Assembly: GCF_036500625.1 (NCBI RefSeq)
Contig: NZ_DASYBQ010000012.1
From: Pseudonocardia sp.
Lineage (GTDB): Bacteria > Actinomycetota > Actinomycetes > Mycobacteriales > Pseudonocardiaceae
Length of the DNA stretch: 64,000 nt
Reading direction: 5' to 3' (one strand)
Shown one piece after another: positions 20,725 to 32,769 of this stretch. How positions within the stretch are numbered: the stretch's first letter is position 1; each line of letters opens with the position of its first letter. The notes beneath the pieces were generated by a model. The model made no database searches. It was given only the letters and a program-made list of their open reading frames with translations, and was not told the origin of the DNA. The position numbers were made by a program, and so were the translations under genes.

Positions 20725-21122
20725 CGCGGTTCCTGCTCGACACTTCGGCGGTCATCGACCCACCCACCACTGTGCGGGGCAGCGGCGACGAGTACGTGGT
20801 CAGCGCCATCACCATCGCCGAGCTCAACGTGGGCATTCATCAGGCGCTCGACCCCGTCGAGCTGACAGCCCGAGTCGGCCGTCTCCAGTGGCTCGCCCGC
20901 TCGGGCTTGGTGCTGCCGTTCACCGAGTCGGCTGCCCAGGCATACGGCCAGCTCTATGCGATGGTGATCGCTACTGGACGTAATCCTCGACGGCGGCAGA
21001 TGGACCTGCTGATCGCCTCGGTGGCAGCTGCCAACCAACTGCCACTCCTGACCCGCAACGCCAAGGACTTCGCCGATCTGACACCGCTCATCGACTTAGT
21101 TGACCTACAGAAACAGGATTAA
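20721..21122 (+). CDS. vapC: VapC-type PIN domain toxin
   Basis: LLDTS, SAITIAEL and D.LIAS.A....LPLLTRN.KDF acidic PIN tetrad. Confidence 0.92.
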   Translation: MTRFLLDTSAVIDPPTTVRGSGDEYVVSAITIAELNVGIHQALDPVELTARVGRLQWLARSGLVLPFTESAAQAYGQLYAMVIATGRNPRRRQMDLLIASVAAANQLPLLTRNAKDFADLTPLIDLVDLQKQD

Positions 21123-21127
21123 CCCGC

Positions 21128-23446
21128 TCAGTAGGGGCCGACGGACTCGATGTTGGCGACGGTGAACTCGCGTTCGGCGTCGCGTAGGTGGCACCAGGAC
21201 TCGACCCACCTGCCGTAGAGCTGCAGCGGCTGGATGGCCCGGACGGTGCGGTTGCCGCTCTTGTTCCGGTAGGTGATCCGCACGTCGTGCTGGTGTTCGA
21301 TCGCGTCCGCCAGCAACAACAGCTCGGCGCTGTTGAGCCTCGGGTTCAGCTGGGCGAGCAGCTCGACGGTGTCCGAGTCGACGACGCCGTCCGAACCGGC
21401 GGTGGGCGCGGTGCGCAGTCGCCTGGCCAGCTCGGCCGCGGCCACTCGCGACCGGCCGGGTACCGAATACCGGGCAGGCCCAGCGGCCTGGTGTTCGGCG
21501 TGGGCCTCGACGATGACGGAGCCGCTGGAGTCCTCGGCTACCGGCGCGAAACCCGCGGCCCGCACTTTCGCCAGCACCTCGTCGAGGTCGAACGGGCTGG
21601 ACAGTACCGTCGGCGCGAGCTGACCGAACTGCAGCCGGGCCAGCGCCTTGGTGTGCAGCAGCTCGGTGACCAGACCCGGCTCCGCGGTCAGGCAGCTGCG
21701 CATGCCGCGAACCCGGATGGCGCCGTGCCGCCGGGCGGTGTCGTTGATCAGGTACTCCAGCGGCTGGGGCACCGCCCGGTCGGACAGCGCCGCCAGCTCG
21801 GCCAGCAGCTCCGGCGCCTGCCAGCCGGCATCCAGTGCGCCGCGAACACTGGCCGGGCTGAACCGCCACACACTGGCCGCGCCACGTGCCTCGCTCACCG
21901 CCGCGACGGCGAGCAGCCGGGACACCGAGGCGCTGGGTTCTCCGGACACCACCGCGGTCAGGTCGGACTGCAGGATCACCGAGCAGGCCGCCTCGGGCAG
22001 CAGCGGCGCGCATCGTTCGCCGAGCCGCGCCACCTGGTCCTCCTCGGCCGAGGAGGGTGCCGCCAGCAGCTGTTCGCCCAGCTCGCAGATTCGGTCCTCA
22101 CCCGCGACACCGAGCAGCTCGGCCTCCCGCACGGCGGCGGCCACCCTCGCGTCCCGCTCGGCCTCGGGGTAGCCGTGCAGCGGGCAGAACCAGTCGATCT
22201 CCCGGCCCGCCGCGCGCACCGACCCGCCGGGCCGGGCGGCGGTCAGCATCGCGCGGCGCATCAGGCCGGCCGCCGAGGCCAGCGGCAACGGCGGCGGCTG
22301 CTCCTTGTCGTCGTCGACGGTCCGGTGCGTCGGCGCGAAGTCCAGCGCGAGCCACGCGGCGGCAACGGTCGCCCAGCGATGCCCAGGGGCTGCCTCCCGC
22401 CATGCCGGGTAGGCGTCGGTCGGCGCGTAGCCGGACTCGACGTGGCCCAGCAGACCCGCCGCGCTGGCCAGGTCGATACAGAGCACCAGCATCTCCCCCG
22501 GGATGGACAGCCGGCTGGTCAGCCGGGTGCGCTCCCTGGTCCCGATGCCACCTTTCTTCAGCGCGGACAGCGGGGTGTGCGCGGCGGCGTCCAGCAGTCT
22601 GGTCAGCGCGCGCAGCAGTTCCGAGGCGGCGGCCTGGCCGGTACGCAGCGCCGCCGAGGGCTCCGCGCCCGCTTCGGCCAGCTGGGGCCTTGCCGGCAGG
22701 GTGAGGGGCTGCTTGGCGAGCCAGTCCGCCAGCGCCACCTCCCAGGGCAGCTCGGTACTGCCCTGCCCTCCGAGCAGCAGACCGGCCCTGACCAGTTGCC
22801 CTGCCACCGCACGCCGGGAGTGGAAGTCCGCCGAGGTGAAATAGATACCCTCGTCGAAGCCGCGCAGCGCGTTCAGCTCGCGGCGCGCCCCGGCGGGCAG
22901 CGCGGCGATCACCTTGGCGATCCGCCGGTGGTCCGACATCGCCTCGGCGATGCTCCCGATCAACTCCGGCTTGCGCAGGTGATTCGCCTGGATCCCGAGC
23001 GCGGTGGCGGCGACCCGCAGGTCGTCCGCGTACACGGTCTTGGCGATCTTCGCTACCGGGCGGCCACCGCCGATCCCGGCCGCCCAGTGCATGGCCAGCC
23101 GCTCGGGCAGCCGAAGGATATCGCCTTCGAACCAGGCCATCCCCCGGCGGCAGAGCTCGCCGCACGCGTCGCGGACCTCTGGTTCCGGCGCGGCCAGCAG
23201 GGACGCAATACCCGACACCGTCGCGCCGTCGCCGAGCACCGCGCTCATCTGGCCCACGGTGTGCAGGTCCAGGGTCAGTACCCGCAGCGCGGCGGCCAAC
23301 GAGTCCGGGCCGCCGAGCCGCTGCTCGAGCTGCGCGAAGCCGCGCGGCACCGGCTCGATACAGACGTCCGCGCGGGCGCCGAGCAACTCGACCAGCGCCG
23401 AGTCGTCGAGCCCCGCCAGGTACCGGGCGAATCCTGCACTGCTCAC
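21128..23446 (-). CDS. Helicase-associated (XPB-partner-like) domain protein with C-terminal WYL domain
   Basis: ILQSDLTAVV.G...WRFSPASVRGALDAG...VPQPLEYLIND.ARRHG (Helicase_C_3-like). C-terminal ITY....R.IQP...WCHLRDAEREF (WYL). Confidence 0.85.
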   Translation of the reverse strand: MSSAGFARYLAGLDDSALVELLGARADVCIEPVPRGFAQLEQRLGGPDSLAAALRVLTLDLHTVGQMSAVLGDGATVSGIASLLAAPEPEVRDACGELCRRGMAWFEGDILRLPERLAMHWAAGIGGGRPVAKIAKTVYADDLRVAATALGIQANHLRKPELIGSIAEAMSDHRRIAKVIAALPAGARRELNALRGFDEGIYFTSADFHSRRAVAGQLVRAGLLLGGQGSTELPWEVALADWLAKQPLTLPARPQLAEAGAEPSAALRTGQAAASELLRALTRLLDAAAHTPLSALKKGGIGTRERTRLTSRLSIPGEMLVLCIDLASAAGLLGHVESGYAPTDAYPAWREAAPGHRWATVAAAWLALDFAPTHRTVDDDKEQPPPLPLASAAGLMRRAMLTAARPGGSVRAAGREIDWFCPLHGYPEAERDARVAAAVREAELLGVAGEDRICELGEQLLAAPSSAEEDQVARLGERCAPLLPEAACSVILQSDLTAVVSGEPSASVSRLLAVAAVSEARGAASVWRFSPASVRGALDAGWQAPELLAELAALSDRAVPQPLEYLINDTARRHGAIRVRGMRSCLTAEPGLVTELLHTKALARLQFGQLAPTVLSSPFDLDEVLAKVRAAGFAPVAEDSSGSVIVEAHAEHQAAGPARYSVPGRSRVAAAELARRLRTAPTAGSDGVVDSDTVELLAQLNPRLNSAELLLLADAIEHQHDVRITYRNKSGNRTVRAIQPLQLYGRWVESWCHLRDAEREFTVANIESVGPY

Positions 23447-23498
23447 AGCGCGTCATTCTCGCCCTCGCCGCCGAACGACCTCGGTTCGGGGCTCGGGT

Positions 23499-24002
23499 TC
23501 AGCCGACCGGCTGGCCGTACATCTCGCCGAGCGGATCGGAGATCAACTCGACCCTGGCACCGTCCGGGTCGCGCAGGTAGATGGACGTGCCGCTCTCCAG
23601 CAGGTACTCGGTACCGGCCGCGTCCAGCCGCTCACGCGCCGCCTGCCAGCTCTGCGGCGTCACCGAGATGGCCAGGTGGTGCAGTCCGCCCAACACCTCG
23701 GCGTATGCGCCGGGGTCGACCCCTGGCAGGTCGAAGAAGGCCAGCGCGTTGCCGTGGCCGAGGTCGAAGAAGAAGTGCGTTGAGCCGGGCAGGTCCCGGT
23801 TCTCGATCACCTCGGTGAGCGGGAAGCCCAGCACATTCTGGTAGAACTCGACGGTCCGGCGGACATCGGCGCAGATCAGCGCCGTGTGGTGGATACCGCG
23901 GCCGGCGCTGGCCGGGCGCCGCCCGCGCGGCAACAGAAACTCCCGCCGGACCTCCTCGCGCCGCGCCGCGAGCTGATCCAGTTCCGCCGTGCTGGCTGCC
24001 AT
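23499..24002 (-). CDS. VOC family protein
   Basis: GIHHTALIC.DV..T..FY..VLG, HFFFD.G.G..LAFF, LHHLAI and YLRDPDG..VEL motifs. Confidence 0.88.
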   Translation of the reverse strand: MAASTAELDQLAARREEVRREFLLPRGRRPASAGRGIHHTALICADVRRTVEFYQNVLGFPLTEVIENRDLPGSTHFFFDLGHGNALAFFDLPGVDPGAYAEVLGGLHHLAISVTPQSWQAARERLDAAGTEYLLESGTSIYLRDPDGARVELISDPLGEMYGQPVG

Positions 24003-24064
24003 CTCAGTGCCGCCGCTCTCTCCCCGCCCGGCGCCGGTCGCCGTGCCGCCTTCCGAGTCTGCCG

Positions 24065-24622
24065 CTACGGCGAGCCGGTCACCAGGGTTTCCTCCGGGGG
24101 TGGCAGGTTCTTGGCGTACACCGGGGCGCCGGCGTCCGAACCGACCGGCCACGGCCGGTAGCCGGTGATCTCGAAAAGGGCCCGCGCGGCCCGCCGCCCA
24201 TGTCCGATACGCACCGCCACCCGCCGGTAGCCGTCCTCCTCGGCGGCGCCTTCCAGCTCGGCCAGGATCAACCTGGCCAGACCGGCGAGCTGCGAGCCGG
24301 GCACCACGTACATCCGGGTGATCTCGACGGTCTCACCGGCGGGGTCGGCGGCGAACTGCCGGTAGCCGCCGCATCCGGTGGGCCGGCGGTTGACATACGC
24401 CACGAGCAGCAGCCCGCCCTCGCCGGTGGCGCAGTCGTCGGCGGCCGGGCCGGCACCGGGCTCCTGGGTGCCGCCCTGCGCGGCGGCAAGGGCCAGCAGC
24501 GGCGCGGCATCCTGGTCGCCCTCGTGCCGCACGTGGAACTCCACATCCGGCTGCCCGAGCTTCCGGTCCACGGCTGGTCGCTCCACACTCGACTCGCGAC
24601 GCCCAAGAACCGGCCGTCTCAT
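24065..24622 (-). CDS. GNAT family N-acetyltransferase (start uncertain, possibly GTG 24571)
   Basis: GCGGYR, EITRMYV.P, LAELE..A...GY and A..LF...GY motifs. Confidence 0.75.
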   Translation of the reverse strand: MRRPVLGRRESSVERPAVDRKLGQPDVEFHVRHEGDQDAAPLLALAAAQGGTQEPGAGPAADDCATGEGGLLLVAYVNRRPTGCGGYRQFAADPAGETVEITRMYVVPGSQLAGLARLILAELEGAAEEDGYRRVAVRIGHGRRAARALFEITGYRPWPVGSDAGAPVYAKNLPPPEETLVTGSP

Positions 24623-24665
24623 CCCGGTAGCCGCATTCGCGGCTGGCCGGCGACAGGTGCGCTGG

Positions 24666-25625
24666 TCAGCTCCGTCTCGGACCCGCCGCTGTGCTCAACG
24701 CCACAGCCAGCCCGGACAGCACTATTGCGACCAGCGTATCGCGGGCCAGCCACCATGGCGACGGATCCGCGCCGACCAACTGGCGGATGGCGGTCCCGAC
24801 CGGCGGCAGCCACGGCTGGGTGCCGGTCGCAAGGGTGACGGCGCAGGCGGCGAGCAGCGCCCAGCCGGGCCGCCGGACCAACGGCCTTGCGCACAGCAAC
24901 CCCACCGAGGTTCCGGTGGTCGCGCTCGTCTCGCCAACCAGGCGTGCCAGCTCGGCGCGGCGGCTGGCCGGCAGCGACACCGTGACCGTCACGGGAGCGT
25001 CCCGGTAACCGCCGGGCGGGTCCGCCGCCAGGTGGCCGCCTTCCAGGCGCAAACGTTGTCCTGGCAGCTCGTCGCAGGCGCCGGTGTGGTCGGTGACCAG
25101 CACCGCCGCGCCACCGAGCGCCGTGGCGGCCACTGCCTCGGTGAGCAGCGGCACCGCCTCGACGTCCAACCCGGACCACGGTTCGTCCAGCACCACCAGC
25201 GCACTGTCCGCGACCAGGGCGGCCACCAGCGCGACCCGTTGCGCGTTGCCCTTGGACAGCATGGCCATCGGCGCGCTCGGGTCACCGGTGAAACCGAACC
25301 GGTCCAGCAGCCGCTCGCCGCGGCGCGCCGGGCCTCGCAGCCCGCGCCCGTGCACCGAGGCGAGATGGCGCAGGTAGCCGCGCGGGGTCAGCCGCTGCCC
25401 GCCAGGGAACCGGTCCGGTACATACCCGACCGAGCAGGGCCGGCCGAGTACCCGGCCTTCGGTCGGTGCGGTCACCCCGGCCGCGATGCGCAACAACGTC
25501 GACTTGCCCGAGCCGTTCGCACCGCGCAGCACCGTCACCTCGCCGGCCGGCACCCGCAGCGTCACCCCGTCCAGCACGGTCCGCCGCCGGTAGCGTTTGG
25601 CTACCCCCACCAGGTGCACACTCAC
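24666..25625 (-). CDS. ABC transporter ATP-binding protein apparently fused to the C-terminus of a membrane protein
   Basis: GANGSGKS, LSKGN and VLDEPWSGLD motifs, then a hydrophobic tail (VGLLCARPLVRRPGWALL...WLPPVG). GTG overlaps the upstream TGA. Confidence 0.75.
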   Translation of the reverse strand: MSVHLVGVAKRYRRRTVLDGVTLRVPAGEVTVLRGANGSGKSTLLRIAAGVTAPTEGRVLGRPCSVGYVPDRFPGGQRLTPRGYLRHLASVHGRGLRGPARRGERLLDRFGFTGDPSAPMAMLSKGNAQRVALVAALVADSALVVLDEPWSGLDVEAVPLLTEAVAATALGGAAVLVTDHTGACDELPGQRLRLEGGHLAADPPGGYRDAPVTVTVSLPASRRAELARLVGETSATTGTSVGLLCARPLVRRPGWALLAACAVTLATGTQPWLPPVGTAIRQLVGADPSPWWLARDTLVAIVLSGLAVALSTAAGPRRS

Positions 25626-26017
25626 CGTCGGCTCGACCACCAGGTGGTGGCCGCGGTCGCCGGCAGCCCGCGCAGGAAGCCGAGGGCTTGGCTCCGCCGT
25701 GCCGAGGGCTGGCGCTCGGCATCCAGCACCGAGGCCACCTCGGCTAGCCAGTCCTCCCGCGCGCAAGGCGGCAGCGCCAGCCGGACCGGGAGCAGCCAGC
25801 GGGGCACCGCCGGATCGCGCACCGCCGGATCGAGCACCGCCACGCCGCCCCGCGCGACAACGGCGACGAGCAGCGCAACCGCCGCCGCCAGCCAGCTGGA
25901 CGCGGCGGGCAACGCCAGCTCGGCGGCGCAGACCAGCACGGTCAGGCCGGCAACCAGCAGGGCCCGCCGTAGGCCCACCGTCGTCAGCGACCGGCGCGGA
26001 CAGCGCGGCCGGCTCAT
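25622..26017 (-). CDS. Hypothetical membrane protein
   Basis: Two hydrophobic segments followed by LPP.ARED WLAE. Stop is translationally coupled to the ABC ATPase. Confidence 0.5.
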   Translation of the reverse strand: MSRPRCPRRSLTTVGLRRALLVAGLTVLVCAAELALPAASSWLAAAVALLVAVVARGGVAVLDPAVRDPAVPRWLLPVRLALPPCAREDWLAEVASVLDAERQPSARRSQALGFLRGLPATAATTWWSSRR

Positions 26018-26189
26018 CCCGGGCTCCGCCGAACCCGCACATTTCGTCGTCGGGGGTCGAGAACACCGACAGCACCGCCTGCATCCGTACCGTAACCCCG
26101 GGACTCGACATAGAGAGAACTCTACATAGCTTCCAGCTCCCCGAAGTCGCTCACCCAATTCTGTCGGTGCGCGGTGCCAAGCTCCGCGC

Positions 26190-26627
26190 ATGGTTGAGCC
26201 CGCACCTCGTTCCGGTCCGTTCTGGGAGGTGGTCGAAGGCCGTAGCCCGCCACCGCCGGCCGCGGCGATGCTCGGCTGGCGGGTGGTTCGGATCGATCCC
26301 GAACGCGGCGAGGTCGAGGTGCACTTCACCGCCACCGAGGCATTCACCAATCCACTGGGCAACATCCAGGGCGGTTTCCTGGCCGCGATGCTCGATGACA
26401 CGGTCGGTCCCGCGCTCGTCGCCACCCTCGCCCCGGGTGAGTTCCCGCTCACCTTGGAGCTCAAGGTCAACTATCTTCGCCCGGCGCGCCCGGGCCGGCT
26501 ACGCGGCTCGGGACGGGTCGTGCACCGCGGCGGGACGGTCGCGTTCCTCGCCGCAGACCTGGCTGACGAGGCCGGGCGAGTTCTGGCAACGGCGTCGGCC
26601 ACGGCTCGGATCATCACACCGCGCTGA
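26190..26627 (+). CDS. PaaI family thioesterase
   Basis: NPLGNIQGGFLAAMLDD, TLELKVNYLRP and V.RGG.VAF hot-dog fold motifs. Confidence 0.9.
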   Translation: MVEPAPRSGPFWEVVEGRSPPPPAAAMLGWRVVRIDPERGEVEVHFTATEAFTNPLGNIQGGFLAAMLDDTVGPALVATLAPGEFPLTLELKVNYLRPARPGRLRGSGRVVHRGGTVAFLAADLADEAGRVLATASATARIITPR

Positions 26628-26641
26628 CCAGTGCTCGGGCG

Positions 26642-27220
26642 CTACGTGTGGGTGGCTACCGGGGGCAGGTCGGTGAGCGGGGCCGGGGGCCACTGGTCGG
26701 GGTGCGTGCCGAGGGTGTTGAGCTGTCGGACTTGCAGGGCGCACCAGGGTGAGACTCTGATCGTGTCGCTGATGACGCCCTCGGAGAGCTCTGTCCAGTC
26801 GATCCACCGGGCGTTGTTGACCTCCGAGGGGTTGAGTCGCGGCTCGGCGTTGGTTCGGGCGGCGAGGACCGGGCACATCTCGTTCTCGGTGATTCCGTTG
26901 TCCATGCTGGCGCGGTAGCGAAAGCGTGGCAGCACGAGGGTGAGCTGGGCGGTGGCGATGCCCAGTTCGCCGTGCAGGCGGCGGGCGACCGCGTCCAGGA
27001 GTGCCTCGCCTGGCGCGGGGTGTCCGCAGCAGCTGTTCGTCCAGACCCCTGGCCAGGTCTTCTTGGACAAGGCGCGCTGGGTGAGGAGTAGTTGATCGTT
27101 GTTGTTGAACAGGTAGCAGGAGAACGCGAGATGCAGCGGAGTGCGGTGACCGTGCACGGTTGCCTTGTCTGCTACTCCGGTCGGTCGGCCCGATTCGTCG
27201 AGGAGTACGACCTGTTCCAC
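26642..27220 (-). CDS. idi: Isopentenyl-diphosphate delta-isomerase (type 1)
   Basis: VVLLDE, VH...TPLHLAFSCYLF, QRA..K.TWPG.WTNSCCGHP, ENE.CPV and SPW motifs. RBS GAAAGG. Confidence 0.95.
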   Translation of the reverse strand: MEQVVLLDESGRPTGVADKATVHGHRTPLHLAFSCYLFNNNDQLLLTQRALSKKTWPGVWTNSCCGHPAPGEALLDAVARRLHGELGIATAQLTLVLPRFRYRASMDNGITENEMCPVLAARTNAEPRLNPSEVNNARWIDWTELSEGVISDTIRVSPWCALQVRQLNTLGTHPDQWPPAPLTDLPPVATHT

Positions 27221-27268
27221 CGGTGACCTTTCTGTCTGTACGGGGTGCGGGTGTGCCGGACCGGGCGG

Positions 27269-28393
27269 TTACCGGTCGCGGTGGGTGAGCAGCGCAGCCA
27301 GCGCACACAGCGTGCCGGCGGCCTCGGCGCTGGGCTGGGCGCGTTGCAGGTGTTCCAGCGCGCGGTCGCGGAGTCGTTCGGCTTGGGTCTGGCTGTAGGT
27401 GCGTCCACCCGCTTGATCGATCAGCTCCGCGATGTGGGTGAAGTCGGTGTCGCAGGTGATCTGGTTGGGTTGGTAGCGGATCCGCAGCTGCGCCGCGGCC
27501 GCGGTGTCGGTGCTCAGGGCAGCCACGACGGGTAACGACTTCTTCGTGTTCCGCAAATCCGAATAGGCCGGTTTCCCGGTGAGCCTCGGGTCGCCCCAGA
27601 TGCCCAACAGGTCGTCGATGTGTTGGAAAGCCAGGCCGAGCGCCACCCCGAAGCGGCGCAGCGCCTCGATCCGCTCACCGGTGGCGCCGGCGAACAGTGC
27701 ACCGAGTGCGCAGCAGCAGCCCAACAGGGCCGCGGTCTTCCCCCGGGCCATGTCCTCGCACTGGGCAAGCTCGACGTCGTCGCGGCCCTCGAAGCTGATG
27801 TCCGCGTGTTGGCCGGCGATCAGCTCGACCACGGCCGAGGAGAGCCAGCGGGCCGCTCGCGCCGCGCTGGAGTGCTCGCTGGTAGCCAGTACGTGGAAGG
27901 CTCGGGCCAGCAGAGCGTCGCCGGCCAGGATCGCCGGGCCGGAGCCGAACATGGTCCAGGCGGTGGGCCGGCCCCGGCGCGTGGTGTCCCTGTCCATCAC
28001 GTCGTCGTGCAGCAGGGAGAAGTTGTGGATCAACTCCACCGCGACCGCCGCGGGCAACGCCACGGTCGCCTCGCCGCCCACGGCCTGGGCGCAGGCCAGT
28101 ACCAGCGCGGGCCGGATCGCCTTACCCTGCCCCACGCCGTGGCCCGTGGAGCTGCTACCCACCGGGTTGCCACCGGCGATGGTGCGCGACGGCGTGGGTG
28201 GGTCGATCCAGCCGAAGTGGTAGTCACAGATCTCTCGTATTGACTCCGGCAGTGCGGCCACGACCGCGCGCAACTCCGGTTCGACCCGTTGTCGGGTCTC
28301 GGTGAGCACCGCCGAGGCCGTGCGCGCCTCGGCGGAGTTCGCGCCGGCGGTGACGGCCGTGGCGCTGGAGCCGGTTGTCGGTGTGCTGGCCAT
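27269..28393 (-). CDS. Short-chain polyprenyl diphosphate synthase (FPP/GGPP synthase type), encapsulin-operon associated
   Basis: GKAIRP, HNFSLLHDDVMD...RRGR (FARM), GQHAD, KTAAL, FQHIDDLLGIWGD (SARM) and KKSLPV motifs. Confidence 0.92.
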   Translation of the reverse strand: MASTPTTGSSATAVTAGANSAEARTASAVLTETRQRVEPELRAVVAALPESIREICDYHFGWIDPPTPSRTIAGGNPVGSSSTGHGVGQGKAIRPALVLACAQAVGGEATVALPAAVAVELIHNFSLLHDDVMDRDTTRRGRPTAWTMFGSGPAILAGDALLARAFHVLATSEHSSAARAARWLSSAVVELIAGQHADISFEGRDDVELAQCEDMARGKTAALLGCCCALGALFAGATGERIEALRRFGVALGLAFQHIDDLLGIWGDPRLTGKPAYSDLRNTKKSLPVVAALSTDTAAAAQLRIRYQPNQITCDTDFTHIAELIDQAGGRTYSQTQAERLRDRALEHLQRAQPSAEAAGTLCALAALLTHRDR

Positions 28394-28400
28394 GTCGGGT

Positions 28401-30800
<2,400 letters not shown>

Positions 30801-32291
30801 CTACCGTCGCTTGGCGGTGCCGCCACGCCGTTGCGCCGGCGGATCGGCGGCCTCGGCCGGTAGCTGCCGACCTATCTCGGCGTGTTCGAGCATGCCGATC
30901 GCGTCGGGCACCAATACCGCGGCGGAGAAGTAGGTCGAGACCAGATACGACATGACCGCCTTCTCATCGATGCCCATGAACCGCACGTTCAACCCCGGCT
31001 CGTACTCATCGGGCAGCCCGGTCTGGGTCAACCCGACCACTCCCTGGTTGTCCGCCCCGGTCCGCAGCACCAGGATCGAGGAGGTGCCGTGCTCGGTCAC
31101 CGGGATCACCGGACACGGCAGGATGGGCACGCCGCGCCACGCGGGTGCGCTGTGCTCGCCCATCGGCACGCTGTCGGGGTAGATCCCGCGCCGGCTGCAT
31201 TCGCGGCCGAACGCCGCGATCGCGCGCGGGTGGGCCAGGAAAAAGCGCGAGTCCCGCCGCCGACACAACAGTTCGTCGAGATCGTCGGGGGTGGGCGGTC
31301 CCTCGACCGGGGCCAGACGCTGGGAGTAATCCACATTGTGCAGCAAGCCGAATTCCGGGTTGTTGATCAGCTCGTGTTCTTGGCGTTCGCGCAGCTCGGC
31401 GATGGCGAGTTTGAGCTGGTGTTCGATCTGGTTCATCGGTTCGTTGAATAGATCCGCCACCCGTGAATGCACTCGCAGCACCGCCTGCGCGACCTGCAGC
31501 TCGTACTCCCTCGGTGATCTCTCGTAGTCGACGAACGTGGAGCTCAGCACCGGCTCACCCGAATGCCCCGCCGCGACCTGCAGCGAGGCTTCGCCACCTC
31601 GCCCACGCGCCTGGCCCGCCATCGCCGAGAACCGCCGTAGGTGGGCCTGCAGCGACGGCGACTGCTCGACCGCGGTTTCGAATTCCGCGCGCGGAAGCAC
31701 CAGCACGGTGCACGCGGTCGCCGCGGTCACAGTCGTGTGCCAGGTGGCATCGGAGTCGGTCAACGCGGTCGCGCCGAAATAGTCCCCGTCGGCGAGCACA
31801 CCAAGAACCTGATACTGGCCGTAACGGTTGGGCCCCGAGCGGGTCAGCCGACCGTGCGCGATGACAAACACCTCATCCACCGCCGCCCCGGCTTCTACCA
31901 CCGTCACCCCGGAGTCGATCTCGCGTTGGGCGAACCGGCCCGCCAGCCCTTCCAGCACGTCGGCGTCGTCATAGCCGCGCAGGGCGGGGAACTCGGCGAG
32001 CTCGGCGGGGATGATCGTGGCGGCATCGGCGGTCTGCGCCACGTCGATGCGCCCGTCACCCACCGCGTAGGACACCCGCCGGTTCACCCGGTACGTACCG
32101 CCCTTGACCTCGACCCAGGGCAGAATCCGCTGCACCCACCGGTTGGTGATGCCCTGCATCTGTGGTGGCGTCTTGGTCGTGGTCGCCAGATTCCGCGCCG
32201 CGGCGGTCCCCAGAGCCGTGGGCACTTGACCATTGCGCCCCGCACCGTTCTGCGACTGCGCCTCCTGCTCCGAGCCTGTGTCCACCGACAT
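30801..32291 (-). CDS. Family 2B encapsulin shell protein (HK97-type capsid with inserted cNMP-binding domain; EshA-like)
   Basis: [25 protein letters not shown]...LPWV.V.GG.YRVNRR, internal cNMP-binding domain, FVDYE..PREYEL, LHSRVADL.N.P.NQ, FGLL.N, G.RTG....GVVGL and [13 protein letters not shown] motifs. RBS GGAGGGG. Confidence 0.92.
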   Translation of the reverse strand: MSVDTGSEQEAQSQNGAGRNGQVPTALGTAAARNLATTTKTPPQMQGITNRWVQRILPWVEVKGGTYRVNRRVSYAVGDGRIDVAQTADAATIIPAELAEFPALRGYDDADVLEGLAGRFAQREIDSGVTVVEAGAAVDEVFVIAHGRLTRSGPNRYGQYQVLGVLADGDYFGATALTDSDATWHTTVTAATACTVLVLPRAEFETAVEQSPSLQAHLRRFSAMAGQARGRGGEASLQVAAGHSGEPVLSSTFVDYERSPREYELQVAQAVLRVHSRVADLFNEPMNQIEHQLKLAIAELRERQEHELINNPEFGLLHNVDYSQRLAPVEGPPTPDDLDELLCRRRDSRFFLAHPRAIAAFGRECSRRGIYPDSVPMGEHSAPAWRGVPILPCPVIPVTEHGTSSILVLRTGADNQGVVGLTQTGLPDEYEPGLNVRFMGIDEKAVMSYLVSTYFSAAVLVPDAIGMLEHAEIGRQLPAEAADPPAQRRGGTAKRR

Positions 32292-32769
32292 CGAACCCCT
32301 CCATCCGGCATCGTGTGCCGTTTTGATTCGCCGCGTGATTTCGACAATCGACCGTGGTGCCGCGGCCGGCGCCATACTCGAAGATCAAATCCTGGCCCAC
32401 GCCGAGCACCAGCTCCGCCACTACTAAACCCAACCAGCACAATGACTCGCTGAGCAACACCGGCTACACCGAAGTAGCAACTCCGCTGAACGGTCTTGCG
32501 CGGATTAGTTATCACAGCTACCGGTCTCTCACCGAACAAGCATGCCGATAGCGGGTGTCTGGCCGACCAGGTAAGCACCCTCGGATCGGTTACCACCCAG
32601 TATTTCGCAATACAGGTCCCGCGTTCCGCTCGGTGGGCCGCCCACAACGTGGGCGAATCGCCTTGGGCGGAAGTGCGGATCTTTTCCGACAGAGCTGATT
32701 TCTATTAGGCTTCATTTACGTCTGATTAGCAGAATTTCTACTCTCTCCGCGTACCGCACGCCACGGCGG

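Noticed and set aside
31700-31800. Degenerate cAMP phosphate-binding cassette in the encapsulin (no canonical Glu/Arg)
   Set aside because: As I recall, Family 2B shells generally have this W-containing variant, so it is not distinctive without an alignment.
32501-32516. CRP site controlling the cNMP-domain encapsulin operon
   Set aside because: Only one TCACA half-site is present; the other half matches 1/5.
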